A stretch of DNA of 64,000 nt from the NCBI GenBank assembly GCA_950097015.1, contig CATNEN010000033.1, forward strand, positions 1,736,001 through 1,800,000. The letters run 5' to 3'. A program made the position numbers and the translations under genes. This document shows positions 12,830 through 23,900 of this stretch, one piece after another. The first letter of the stretch is position 1. Each line of letters opens with the position of its first letter. The notes under the pieces were generated by a model that saw nothing but the letters and a program-made list of their open reading frames with translations, did not search any database and was not told where the DNA came from. This DNA comes from Macrostomum hystrix (Eukaryota > Animalia > Platyhelminthes).

Positions 12830-14250
12830 TGCACATTTCGATAATGACTCCCACCTGGTGTTTTAGCTGATGGGAGTAGGTCAAAATTCACTTCATTTCT
12901 TCACAGTACAATCTTCCGTCGTTCTCTGGGGGTGCGCATTGGGCTTCGTCAGCTTCTTGTGAAATTAGTTGCGCAACGGAACTTGTCTGGACGGTTATGT
13001 AGTGAGTTATCCCAGTTGCAGCCGGGTGAGTAGCAATGAGGCGACAAGTCTTCCAGCCTCCAGCTGATCGTAATGCGCTATGTGTGCTGTCACTATCGGT
13101 TGAAACAGCTCAAAGGAAGGCCACGATTGGAATGGTGCATGAAGGAAGCATGATGGTGCGGTGTGGAAGTTCGATTGGAGGAGCTGAGACAGAGTTAGAG
13201 GCGCAATGGTCTGCTGGATTCTCTGTGGTGGTCACATAGCGACGATCGTTTGAGAGGCCGAAAGCGCGAATTTCTTGAACCCGCTGAATTTCATATTAAC
13301 GGATTTTGTGCCACGTAGGATCCAGTCGAGTACAAACTGACTGTTTATGTAGTGGGTGACGCTCACAATGTTGAGTACTCGTGAGAGCATGTCACTGAGA
13401 AGCAATGCGGCCCGATTGCCGATGAGGGCGGCCAATAGTTCGATACGAGGAGTGGTAATTAGAAGGCCTTTTCTACCTGTGGGAACGAGGCGTGCCTTAG
13501 CGTATAGAAGTACGACGGTTGCTTGCCCGTCCTTGAATTGATGAATGTAGATCGCGAAGCCGTTAGCCATGGGGGAACCGTCGTTGATGAGGATCATCCG
13601 GCAAGGGTAGGACCAATCTTCAATGCAGCAACGTTGCATGATGATTGATCTACCTTGGTGAAGTCGTCACGGAGGGATTTCCAAGACTCGACTGTGGGCA
13701 CGTCAGCCGTTTTATTCCATGGTGCTTGAGAGTTAAATGCGGTGTGGAAGAGGAGACGACCAGCCAGCAAGCGTGGGGCAGCGTAGCCAAATCGATCGTA
13801 TGGTTTCGAGATGGTGCTCAGCAGACTCGTATGAAAGTTTCCGGAAGGCGGCGCCAGCGAGAAGCCCCGCGAAGAGCCTCGAACTTATCGACATCTGTGT
13901 AACTGCAGCTGTTGATTCTGTAAGTGAATGGATTCAAAAATGCTGGAAAACTCGCTGGATCCTCACCGTCGAAACTTAGAAGTTGTAGGTTACAGAGGAC
14001 GGTGTCACCGAAAAGCGATGTTGGCCGAGACGCCGGCTATTTAGGATTTGGGCTGCGTGCGGCGAGGCCGCTGACGGGTGCGGTGAGGCCGCTTGCAGAT
14101 GCGGCGAGCCTCTGACGGTCATGTTAGTGTAACTTGCTCTGACTCGGGCACTCGTCTTGGTATTGGATTTTCCTCGAGTTGAGGTTGCGCTGCGCATCTT
14201 CATTCTCGGTCGGAATTCGAGATATCCGTTTTCGATAAGACGCTCTGCAA
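12830..14250 (-). mobile_element. Degraded, internally deleted Bel/Pao LTR retrotransposon (gag fragment ~14010-13800; RNase H-region fragment 13639-13232)
   Basis: LLYAKARLVP...TPRIELLAALIGNR...NSQFVLDWI matches the Pao AKSRVAP..IPRLEL..DS..L.WI signature. LLSFDGEDPASFPAF...DVDKFEALRG resembles Pao gag. Stops and frameshifts throughout. Confidence 0.75.
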
Positions 14251-14289
14251 CCAGCTTTCCGTTGAGGAAAAATTATTTTTACTCGTAGG

Positions 14290-14780
14290 TGGATCAAAAA
14301 GGTTCTAAAGCGAGAGAAGAATATTTTGTTTTGTATATTTGATGCAATGTAACTTATTCGATAGTGATAACAGTGCTAGGTGCCTATGGGTAGAGCGAAT
14401 GCTGAGAGAAGTAAAAGTGCAGCCAATGCAGACAAGTAAATGTAAACTAAATTGATGTGAGAAACTGGAAACTAAGACATAAATTATTATTATGATGGAG
14501 AGGTGTTCATCTCGACACCGGCTCCTCAAATGAGCGCGGACGCCCCACTCCTAAATTGTCTCTATTAATCTCTGTGGTTGGACACCCTTGCTCACTCGGC
14601 TTGATCGTCTTGGTTGGTGTTCTGGGGTTGGTTTTCCGTCGGTCTCACGGACGCTGGTGGTCGCCTAATGGAAACTAGATTCCGTGTCGTCCATACTTTG
14701 CGATTGTCCTGTAGGTAGGTGTTTTTTTCGAGACTCGTATCGATGTGAAACGGACACGTGTATGGCGATTATCCCTTAGG
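14290..14780 (-). mobile_element. Probable 3' end (pol tail, purine tract, LTR starting TG at 14517) of an old LTR retrotransposon
   Basis: Minus strand reads PRRSSRVSKGVQPQRLIETI* (a typical Gypsy pol tail), then purine-rich gaggagccgg followed by TGTCGAGA. The LTR 3' boundary is not resolved. Confidence 0.4.
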
Positions 14781-14900
14781 TACGAGGGTTGTTCCAAAAG
14801 TCCTTTCCCTTTTTGAACACAGCTCTTGATCTACTGCTCCAATTTTATTGCGATTTTCGTAAGTTGGCAACTAAACTACTAGCTCAGATTTATTGTCGAA
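14781..14900 (+). mobile_element. Mariner-like terminal inverted repeat fragment
   Basis: TACGAGGGTTGTTCCAAAAGT resembles mariner termini (TA + CGAGGG...AAAAGT). No partner end found. Confidence 0.35.
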
Positions 14901-15297
14901 AAAGTATTAATGCATCAAGTTTTAAGCAAGCAGCAACTGATTTCTGTTACGTTTGTGCTTAGGTATCAAGAAAGAATTAGCAGGGGCCGACGAGGTGCGT
15001 ATGTTAGATGTAGGTATAAGTTGGCGAAGGGCCTGAATTCGCGCCGCTTGGTGCGCAGAGACCAGTTTATTAGCCTGGCTCTAAACCCATGTTTAGGCCA
15101 TAGAAGCATTCATATACATACTGGTAATATATGTATATTCCCTTGAATTGATGAATGTAGATCGCGAAGCCGTTAGCCATTGGGGGAACCGTCGTTGATG
15201 AGGATCATCCGGCAAGGGTAGGACCAATCTTCAATGCAGCAACGTTGCATGATGATTGATCTACCTTGGTGAAGTGAAGTATTTAGTTGGTGAAGTA

Positions 15298-17040
15298 GCA
15301 TTTTGCGTCCGACTTAAGTTTATGGGCATTTCACTTGATCCACAGTGGCAGAATTCCACACTCAAGGGCAACTGCTTTCCCAGTCTATGGCTCAAACGGG
15401 TGGCTGGCAGGCGATTGACTTAATCTTCGGGGCATGAACTTAGTCCATTTTTGCTCTCTAGTAGACCGGAAGCTTTTAAGCAGGCCCTAGTGGGCAGTGT
15501 TGCGACAAGGACCAAGTGATTTATTGATGTGATGCCACGAGGCTTACCAAAAATGAATGCAAACGAGAAAAGAATCGGGAACGTAGGCAAGAAAGGTTCA
15601 GCAACGGGAACACAGGCGGCAATAATTAACAAAATTTAAATACAAGCGGGAAAACTTCATCGAACTCAGCGACTGAAGGTCACAAAATAGGCTGGCCGGC
15701 AATGCAGGCTGGAAGGTGGCGCAGTGAGTGACGGTACCATCCGCCGCACTTCGCAGCCGTGACCTCCACTGTCGCCTCCTCAGCAATCCTTTGCATGACC
15801 AGAATTCGCCACTGGTACAGCGGCGTCTGTGGGGGCGGGCTGTCCAGCTCACGCTGCACCTCATGCTGCGCCAGTGCGCGCTTGATTGCCGCCTTCACGC
15901 ATGAGTGCGCCTCCTCGACGGGGTTCAGAAACGGCGAATATGGCGGCAGGACCTTAACGCTCCAGTTGGCTCCAAACTGCTCCGGCAGTGTGACTCCGTT
16001 GTGAAATCGAGCGCCGTCCATCACAATGCAAAACCGTTCAGCGTCGCCCACATCATCGCGATTATTGACAGCATGCATCAGCTCCTCGATGAACGTCTGA
16101 AACCTGGCCGCCGTCATCGTCTCGGAAACCATCTTGTGATACACGAGGCCAAGGCTTGGGGAGATGGCCTGCACGATGTTCAGTTGAGCTCCGCGCTGTG
16201 TAACAACCACGCGCCGAACTCGCTGGCCTCGTCTACTGCGTCCTTGGGATCGGCGTGTCCACATGTTGAAACCCGTCTCGTCGACGAATAGCAAGTGCTG
16301 CTCGGGAGTAATACCGATCAACCAGTGAGCAAATTCTTGCCTCCGAGCCACGTTCTCTGGCGAGTTGCGCGCTGCCGGAACATCGGCTTCTCGCCCCAGA
16401 CTTTTCAGCGTGATCAGCTGCTTGTCCACCGCCCTACTGATGGTGGATTCACTTACTTGTAGATTAAACCGCTCCTGCAGCTGGTTCCTCATCTCCGCCA
16501 GTGTCAGAAGTGGATTTTCGACTATTTTGTCCACCAGGTACTGAACATGGACCGCTCCGAGCTTCGGTTCTCTGCCACCGCCATGAGGGAGACGATTGCG
16601 ACGTCCAGTGACTTCGTACCGCCTTTTAATTGACATGACTGTCTTGACGTTAACCTTCATCCATCGCGCGATATCGACCGGCCGCTCACCTCTGTCCAGT
16701 GCGTCTACGGCAAGGCTGTGCTTCTCATCGCTCATCATTGACCACGTCCGAGGTTGTGGGCCGTCACCCTGCTCATCAGGGGCAGTTTCATAGCTAGCGT
16801 TGCTGCCTTCGTCTTCCGAGCTCATACTGTTGCCTTTGCTCTTTAGGCTAGAGCGCGAAGCGCAGCTTTCGGTCTACTAGAGAGCAAAAATGGACTAAGT
16901 TCATGCCCCGAAGATTAAGTCAATCGCCTGCCAGCCACCCGTTTGAGCCATAGACTGGGAAAGCAGTTGCCCTTGAGTGTGGAATTCTGCCACTGTGGAT
17001 CAAGTGAAATGCCCATAAACTTAAGTCGGACGCAAAATGC
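15298..17040 (-). mobile_element. Intact IS630/Tc1/mariner-superfamily DNA transposon, 1743 bp
   Basis: TIRs 15298-15474 and 16864-17040: the first 171 bp are identical, then one mismatch. TA flanks both ends (15296-15297, 17041-17042). One uninterrupted transposase ORF. Confidence 0.95.
15680..16825 (-). CDS. IS630/Tc1-type DDE transposase, 381 aa
   Basis: N-terminal HTH region; catalytic motifs LFVDETGF, VMDGARFH and LPPYSPFLNPVEE. Confidence 0.93.
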   Translation of the reverse strand: MSSEDEGSNASYETAPDEQGDGPQPRTWSMMSDEKHSLAVDALDRGERPVDIARWMKVNVKTVMSIKRRYEVTGRRNRLPHGGGREPKLGAVHVQYLVDKIVENPLLTLAEMRNQLQERFNLQVSESTISRAVDKQLITLKSLGREADVPAARNSPENVARRQEFAHWLIGITPEQHLLFVDETGFNMWTRRSQGRSRRGQRVRRVVVTQRGAQLNIVQAISPSLGLVYHKMVSETMTAARFQTFIEELMHAVNNRDDVGDAERFCIVMDGARFHNGVTLPEQFGANWSVKVLPPYSPFLNPVEEAHSCVKAAIKRALAQHEVQRELDSPPPQTPLYQWRILVMQRIAEEATVEVTAAKCGGWYRHSLRHLPACIAGQPIL

Positions 17041-17158
17041 TATAATATATTGTAAAAGAAAAGCATGTGCACCATATATGCAACAATTTCAAACAATATT
17101 CATTGACCAACTTCCCCACTCAGACCCAATAATCATGATTGTTCAACGGTAGACGGAT

Positions 17159-19090
17159 GTCTATGGCCACGCCAGGCCACGCCAAACAGATTGGCCTTTT
17201 TGACTTTATTTTAGGCAAAAACGAATTGAAACGATTTGAAACAATTAGCGCAATTGAAACAGTAACGCAACTGACAGCAGCATGTGCTGCACTCCCTCTG
17301 TCCATTGTCAAAATACAGATGCAGATGCTCAGTGGGGCTCCTGGGGCGGTCCGATCGTGAAAGTGCAGTTGGTGAAACTGCAGTCACCAAATACCGCAGC
17401 GTAGTTGCGGCCCGTAACGCTGACGGCTCTGTTGCTCACGTTGCTAGTCGCACTTGACACCACCCGTGGGGCGGGCTCCGATTCGCCCTCCACATGCCGG
17501 ACCAGTGCGTCGCTCACAGACGTTGCCAGATCCCTCATCGTGCGATCTCGCTTGCGTGACAGGTACCGTCGCACGGTCGCCTCACTCTGCTGGCCCGTGA
17601 TGCTCATGATGTCATTGATGGTGAATCCGGCGTCCCGCAGATCTGCGATCCGCGTCACGCGGATGCAATGATTGGTGTACCGCTTAGACAATGTGCAGAC
17701 CTGACTGAGGCGCTGCATCAGGGAGCCCAGCCAGTTGATCCCGCGCGTCTGCTTCGCCGAATACATGACCTGACCGTCCTTGTTGGGCATTGGCCGGGGA
17801 AAGAAGGTGTCATCCTTCGTCTCAGCTGGCAGGGTTGCGCCGTATAGCTGTAGCAGCTCCAGCTGTTTGCCATAAATCCGCGCCTGCTTCGGTACGTATC
17901 CCTTCGCCCTGACAGGATCGGCACTCTGGTTCTTGGTGGACAACGGCGGAAGCTCCATGTAGGCGTTACCATCGGCATCCTCCTTGGCGATGAGTAGCTG
18001 CCGTCTCCGTAGTGCCTTCAGATGTTCTTGGCCGCGTTCACCAAGAATGTACAGAAGTGTAAAGAGTACTTCATCTTGCAGCTTCTCCCCGGTGGTGCGA
18101 TCGAAATTTATGGAGTTTCGCCAGGTCCGCCTCCTCGATAGGCTCAAAGTGCTTCACCGCGCCACCAGCGTTGTTCCAATCGCGCACTTTCACTCGCAGC
18201 ATCCTGTTGGACTTAGCAAACTCAGGCGCGCCCACCAGATCGAGGTTCCGTTGAAGGATATGTCGGAAGTACCGCTGAATACCCGCGCGGATACACACCA
18301 AGGTTGCCGGAGAATACAGTTCGCCATTAGCCTTGCGCAAACGAAAGTAGAATAGTCGAAGGTATTCGTTAATCTCAGATGATTCCATGCTCCTGAGCCG
18401 TTCGGTCGCATGCCCGACACTGGCCATGATGTCAACAAACTGCTGACCATACTGTGTCATTTGCTCTCTGGTCGTCTTTGGCAACGATTGCACCTCCGCT
18501 TCGTCCATCTCCTTCTCCGCTCCAACTTTCGGAACACCGTCGGGTCCCACCTCCGGTAGGATGACGCCCAGAATGTCGTCGTCATTCTGCCCGGGATCTT
18601 CCAGGTAGGCTATGAAACGAGAAAGGTCGTCGTCGTCCCTATGATCGGCCGAACTTAGATGCGTCAAGAGTCGCAACTCTGGTGCGGTGACACCGTTTAA
18701 GGCGTCAACCGGTAGATTAGCCCAATTTATCATTTGCAAGTTTAAGGCGCTCACTGGTGGTTCAGACTGTTCAGGCTTGGGGCTTCTACTCTTGCCTTCC
18801 TTCCTTCCTTCCATCCTTCCGTCAGCTTTAGCCAATGTTTTTTTGTCTATGGTCCATCCTTCTCCTCTGCCCAGCCAATCCTCACGAACAAGTAGAGCTA
18901 TTTTTATACCGTTTGTGCAACGGAGGAAATCTTGTCGGGTGCGTTTGTCAATGTTGTTGTGTATGCGGTTGCCTCATAGACAACTTACCATTGTTCTAAG
19001 CTTTCACTTCGACTTTCACTTTCACTTTCACTTTCACTTCACTAAGACAATTTTAAAAGTATTGTTTAACACTTTCTGCATAGTCTATGG
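17159..19090 (-). mobile_element. Crypton-type tyrosine-recombinase DNA transposon (proposed extent)
   Basis: Encodes a DUF3504/Crypton-like YR. Bounded by direct 8-bp GTCTATGG copies at 17159-17166 and 19083-19090. The boundaries are inferred. Confidence 0.7.
17329..18835 (-). CDS. Crypton tyrosine recombinase, ~501 aa, split by one +1 frameshift at ~18104
   Basis: ORF1 has LRLFYFRLRKANGELYSPATLVCIRAGIQRY (Crypton/ZMYM-KCTD1-like). ORF2 has GERGQEHL (R), STKNQ (K), YTNHCIR (HxxR) and TGQQSEATVRRY (Y). The two ORFs overlap at 18071-18147. Confidence 0.85.
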
Positions 19091-19399
19091 TATTTTGTAT
19101 CCATAGAGAATGCGTCAATTTATGAATGTATTTAGATATAACAATTTAAACAAAACGCGCTAATAATACAAAGTTTTGTAATGCTCCAGGGAAGAGTAAT
19201 AGTCCATCCAAGTTTCGCAGGTAGTCACTTCGTAAATTTGAACGTGCAGTTCTCGAATTTGCAATTTTCGAATAGCCGTGATACTTGCGCTTGGGTGCTT
19301 CGAACTGCACGATCGAAAAAAGCAAAATAAAGTAGCAGAAATACATGGATTTAGAAATAGCTTTCCCAGCGAAGTTTTAACTTACCCGTTGAAAGGTGA

Positions 19400-20020
19400 A
19401 CTTCTTGGCTCGGGGTCATTTCACAGGTTTCTCTGATAAAAACTCGTCTCTTTTTCGGTGGCCGTAGCACTGGTGGGCTGCTGGAGTTCCACAATTGGCC
19501 GTTCTAACGCGGTGCTTACCGCAGTCAATGCTTCGAACAAAGCACGGTCTCGTTTTCGTGAAAGGTAGCGTCGCACGGTTCGCTTTGTAGGCTGATCGTT
19601 GTTGCATCTCCGGGCTGATTTGTTCTGTCGTTTCAGTATTCTGCGGTCTCTCGGCTAGGCTGGTCTAGGCTGGATGTCGCGTCCTTGGAGAAGCTTTGCC
19701 GGCGATTCTCCGCATTTTAGTGGTGTTGTTCGGAAGCTAAAGATTGTCCTTGAATTCCATCTTTGCACGGAATGCTTTCTGCGCCAAAGGTTTGCGCTGC
19801 TTGCTTCAAAGTTCTGTTGAACACTTCGATCATGCTGTTCCTTCTTGGCTCGTACAGTGACACGTTGGCGTTTGACGTCTCGTCGGGCCAGAAACTCCTC
19901 CGTCTGGTAAGTCACAGAGTTACTGCCATTGTCAGACACAAAAGTGTTAGGGTTTCCAAAGCGATTAAAAACTAGCGGATCTTCACTCTCGACTAGGTGC
20001 GATCCCGGGTCAGGCGTCAC
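19400..20020 (-). mobile_element. Degraded Gypsy integrase fragment
   Basis: FNRFGNPNTFVSDNGS...EEFL and FRTTPLKCGESPAKLLQGRDI match Gypsy integrase core and C-terminal motifs. Frameshifted. Confidence 0.7.
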
Positions 20021-20926
20021 TTCGCGACTTCGGGGTGGCCGCTGCCGCGGACTCTGATGTTAGTTGAATGTACAAGTTGAAGACTTGGGTATATGCAGGG
20101 TCAGGCAGCTTGGTGGAGCCAATATGTCGGGGTCTTGGACAAGCAGGTCGGCTCGGAAAATGCGCCTGGCCCAGTCTTCGCATCTGAAATTGGAATTAGA
20201 AATGATGTAGATTCTCCGTGTTTTAAATTGTGTGGATTGTGTAATATCAGTGGCGATGAAATCGTATCAGGAGGTCATTTGTAGGCCTAGTTTGGGCATC
20301 CATAAGCTGCGAACTGTTCAAAATCTGGATCTTCTAGTCTTTTAGAGAAAAAAAATTAGACTTAACTCAAACTTGCATCTGGGTGCAAATATAAAAATGA
20401 GTTCTTTAAAAAGGCAATTAAAAACTCATTTTACAAAGGCAAAAACAACTGATCAAAGCTTCACAACAAGATTTTTTCCGAAGCAACTTGCACCGATTTA
20501 AAAAATGGTCAATTTTGCATTCTGGGTATTTTCTGTGATTGGACCAGGCGATGGGGTATCACACAGTTGACGCCTCTTCTCTGGCGAGATTCGCTTTGTG
20601 TACCTCTCTCTGTAGAGTCTACAAGACTCTGGCATCTTGTGACCGGTAGCACATTGAATGTCGCCAACAGAAATGCCGTTGTTTGCTAGTGTCCAGAGGC
20701 TCTGCTTTCAGCGCTGCCCCGACAGATCGGTTGGCACTCCTTCTGCCTGACGGCGGAGTCTCCGAAGAGAGCACGTACTGACTGCGACAACAAGCGCCTA
20801 TCTAGACCACCCTTGTCAGCGGCGCACTCTCAAGACGCGTAGTGCCGAAAGCTACCTAACTGAACAAGCAGAGCGTGGTCGGGCGGGGCGAGGCAAAACA
20901 AAGTGGACTAGCTTGCACGTGCTTCT

Positions 20927-23900
20927 TGTTGTGCAGTTGATTAATGCACGTACATAGTTCGTACATGTACACCTCTGATATCGATTGGCGCAGAATATAT
21001 ATAGTCCAAATACTGAGAGCCAACTTGGCGTGAAAGTTTCGGATACTAACTTGGCTGACTCGCTACTATTCATTTACAACATTGGCGTCGCAAGCACAAG
21101 CGAACACCCACCCCAATAAGCCGGGGTCGGAGTAGACTGAAGTGAAGTGACTGCAAGCCTGCCAAGCCAAGCGTAAACAACAGCGCCAAACTGCAAAAGT
21201 GCAAACTGAAACATGACGAGTGACAGCAACTCAGCAGAAGCGCCGCGGATCAGCGTATCGCCGCCGGATCAATTCCTGCCGCAGCCGGGCCGACCGGCGA
21301 GGCCGTGGAAAGAGTGGAAGGCCCTCTTTGAGAACTACTTACTTGCGGCCGGCTACGACACTTTGCCGGAAGCGAGGAGGCGCGCGCTGTTGCTGCACTG
21401 CCTTGGCGCGGAAGGGCAGCGAGTCTTTGCGGCTGTGGCAGCAACGAAGAGGCCGAGTCCGACAGAACTCGCGGCGACAGTCGCGATTCTGGACGAGCAG
21501 TTCGGAGCCAAAGTCAACGTGGTGGCGGAGCGCCACAAGTTTCGGCAGCGCAGTCAGCGTCCGGGTGAAAAGATTGCGGACTTCGTGGCGGCTCTGTATG
21601 CTCTGGCTGGCTCATGTGAGTTCCGCGACATGATGGAAGAAATGATCCGCGACCAGATCGTGGAGAAGGTCAGCGACAGGCGAATTCGAGAGCGCTTGCT
21701 GATCGAGGACGGCCTGACGCTGCAGAAGGCAGTGACGCTGAGCCAGCAATGGGAGACCAGCATCGCTGAGGCCAGCGCGATAGAGACGGAAGGCGCAGCC
21801 GCAGCCGGAGCACAGCTGGAAGAAGAGGTGAAGAGAGTCCGACTACAACCAGACAGGAAGAACACAGGACAAGGGCGACCAGATCGAGAGTCATGCTCCA
21901 AGTGCGGAGGCGGGCACAACAGACGAGCCCGGTGTCCAGCTGAAGGCAAGAGTTGTCATGTCTGCGGGAAGGCGAACCATTTCGGCCGGATGTGCAGGTC
22001 GCAGGGCGCCAAGGTCGCCGAGGTCATGGACGAGAGCGGCCAAGCCGTGTACATGGTGCGCGGCGCCGCCAGTCCCGACATCCGCTGCCGGCTGAAGGTG
22101 CATGGCATCTGGCTGAATCTGCTTGTAGACTCGGGAGCCAAGGTGTCCATCCTGTCAGAGAGGACCTTCAGGAAACTCGGAAACCGGTCGCCACTCCAGC
22201 CGTCGACCAAGAAACTCATCGCGTACAACGGCAAGGCAATCGATGTCGTCGGCGAGGCGGTGCTGTCCGTCAGCTATCGCGGCCAGCTGGTGCCATTTTT
22301 CTGCTTTACCGTGGTACGGCAAGGCTCCGACATCATGGGAACGGATCTGATGCAGCACCTCAGCTTCCAGGTGGTGGACAAGGACGGCGACCTCGTGCGC
22401 ACAGTCGAAAAAACGGCAGAGCTACCGGTCTGGCTGGCCGAGCGCTTCAAGCCACTGACGCAGGGACTCGGGCGGATCCGAGGATTCGAGCACCGGCCCA
22501 GGCTGAACCCCGCCGTGCCCCCGGTGGCGCAATCGCTTCGCCGCATCCCACTTAGCATCAAAGACAAAGTCCAGGCGGAGATTGACCAGCTGCTGGAGGA
22601 TGACATCATCGAGGAGATCCAGGCTTCAGAGTGGATTTCGAACCTGGTGATCGTCCCGAAGCCTGATGGCAAAATCAGGGTCTGCAATGACCTCAGGTGC
22701 CCAAACAAGGCCATAGTTCCGGATAAGCAGCCGCTGCCGACATTCGAGGAGCTGACAACGGAGTTCAAGGGCTCGACCGTGTTCACTAAGCTGGATTTAA
22801 ATTCTTCGTATCTGCAGTTGGAGCTAGCAGAAGATAGGCGGGACTTAACGGCCTTCATTACGGAGAAAGGGCTGTACCGGTACAAGCGCGTATGCTATGG
22901 CCTAAACAGCGCCCCGGCGGCCTTCCAGAAAGTTCTCAGCAAGATTCTCCATGGCTGTTCCGGGACGCTGCACTACATCGACGACATAGTGGTGCACGCT
23001 GCCAACGAGGCGGAGCACCTGCGGCGGCTCACGACAGTGCTGGACAAGCTACTCGCCCATGGCGTCACGCTCAACGCCTCAAAGTGCCAGTGGGCTGCAG
23101 AGACAGTGCAGTTCCTGGGCTACATCGTCTCCGCGAGAGGACTTCAGCCGATGCAGTCTAACGTTGAAGACATCGAGGCGGTGCCGGAGCCCCAGAACGC
23201 CGAGGCAGTGGCCTCATTTCTGGGAATGGTTAAATTCTATTCCAACTTTCTGCACAACTTGTCCGACATCGCCGAGCCGCTGCTGCTGCTACTTCGCAAA
23301 GAGCAGCCCTGGAACTGGACAACAGATTGCCAAAAGGCCTTTTGGAGGCTCAAGAAGATGGTGGTGTCCCCAACATGCTTGCGATTCTTCAGTCCCGACG
23401 ACAAGATCATCGTGGCCTGCGACAGCTCCGCGCACGCTCTGGGGGCCGTGCTGATGCAAGACGACAGCGCCGGGGTTCGAAGACCAGTCGCTTTCGCGTC
23501 AAGGACCCTGTCAGCGACCGAGCGCAAGTACTCCGCATCAGAGAGAGAGGCTCTCGCGTGCATCTTCGCGTGCGAGAGATGGCACTATTTCCTGTTCGGC
23601 CGGAGATTCGAGCTGCACACGGACCACCAGGCTCTGACGACGCTGCTGACGGCTCAAGGCAGCGGCCACCGGCCTCTGCGGCTTCATCGATGGGCCGACC
23701 GCCTGCTCGCGTACGACTTCCAAGTCTGCCACGTTCCTGGCAAGAAGAACATCGTGCCAGATTTTTTGTCGCGCCACGGCGCTCTCGGAGCAAAATGCCC
23801 AAGGCAAAGCGAAGAGGACTCGACCGAGCTCAAAGTGAATGCCGTACTGCTGTCGGGCGCGCTGGAGATTGTCAGTCCAAGCGAACTGGCCGAGGCATCC

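Noticed and set aside
15680-18835. Bacterial contamination or prophage (IS630-like transposase next to a tyrosine recombinase)
   Set aside because: Both match eukaryotic TE families (ITm with a TA TSD; Crypton/DUF3504) and are embedded among intron-containing genes.
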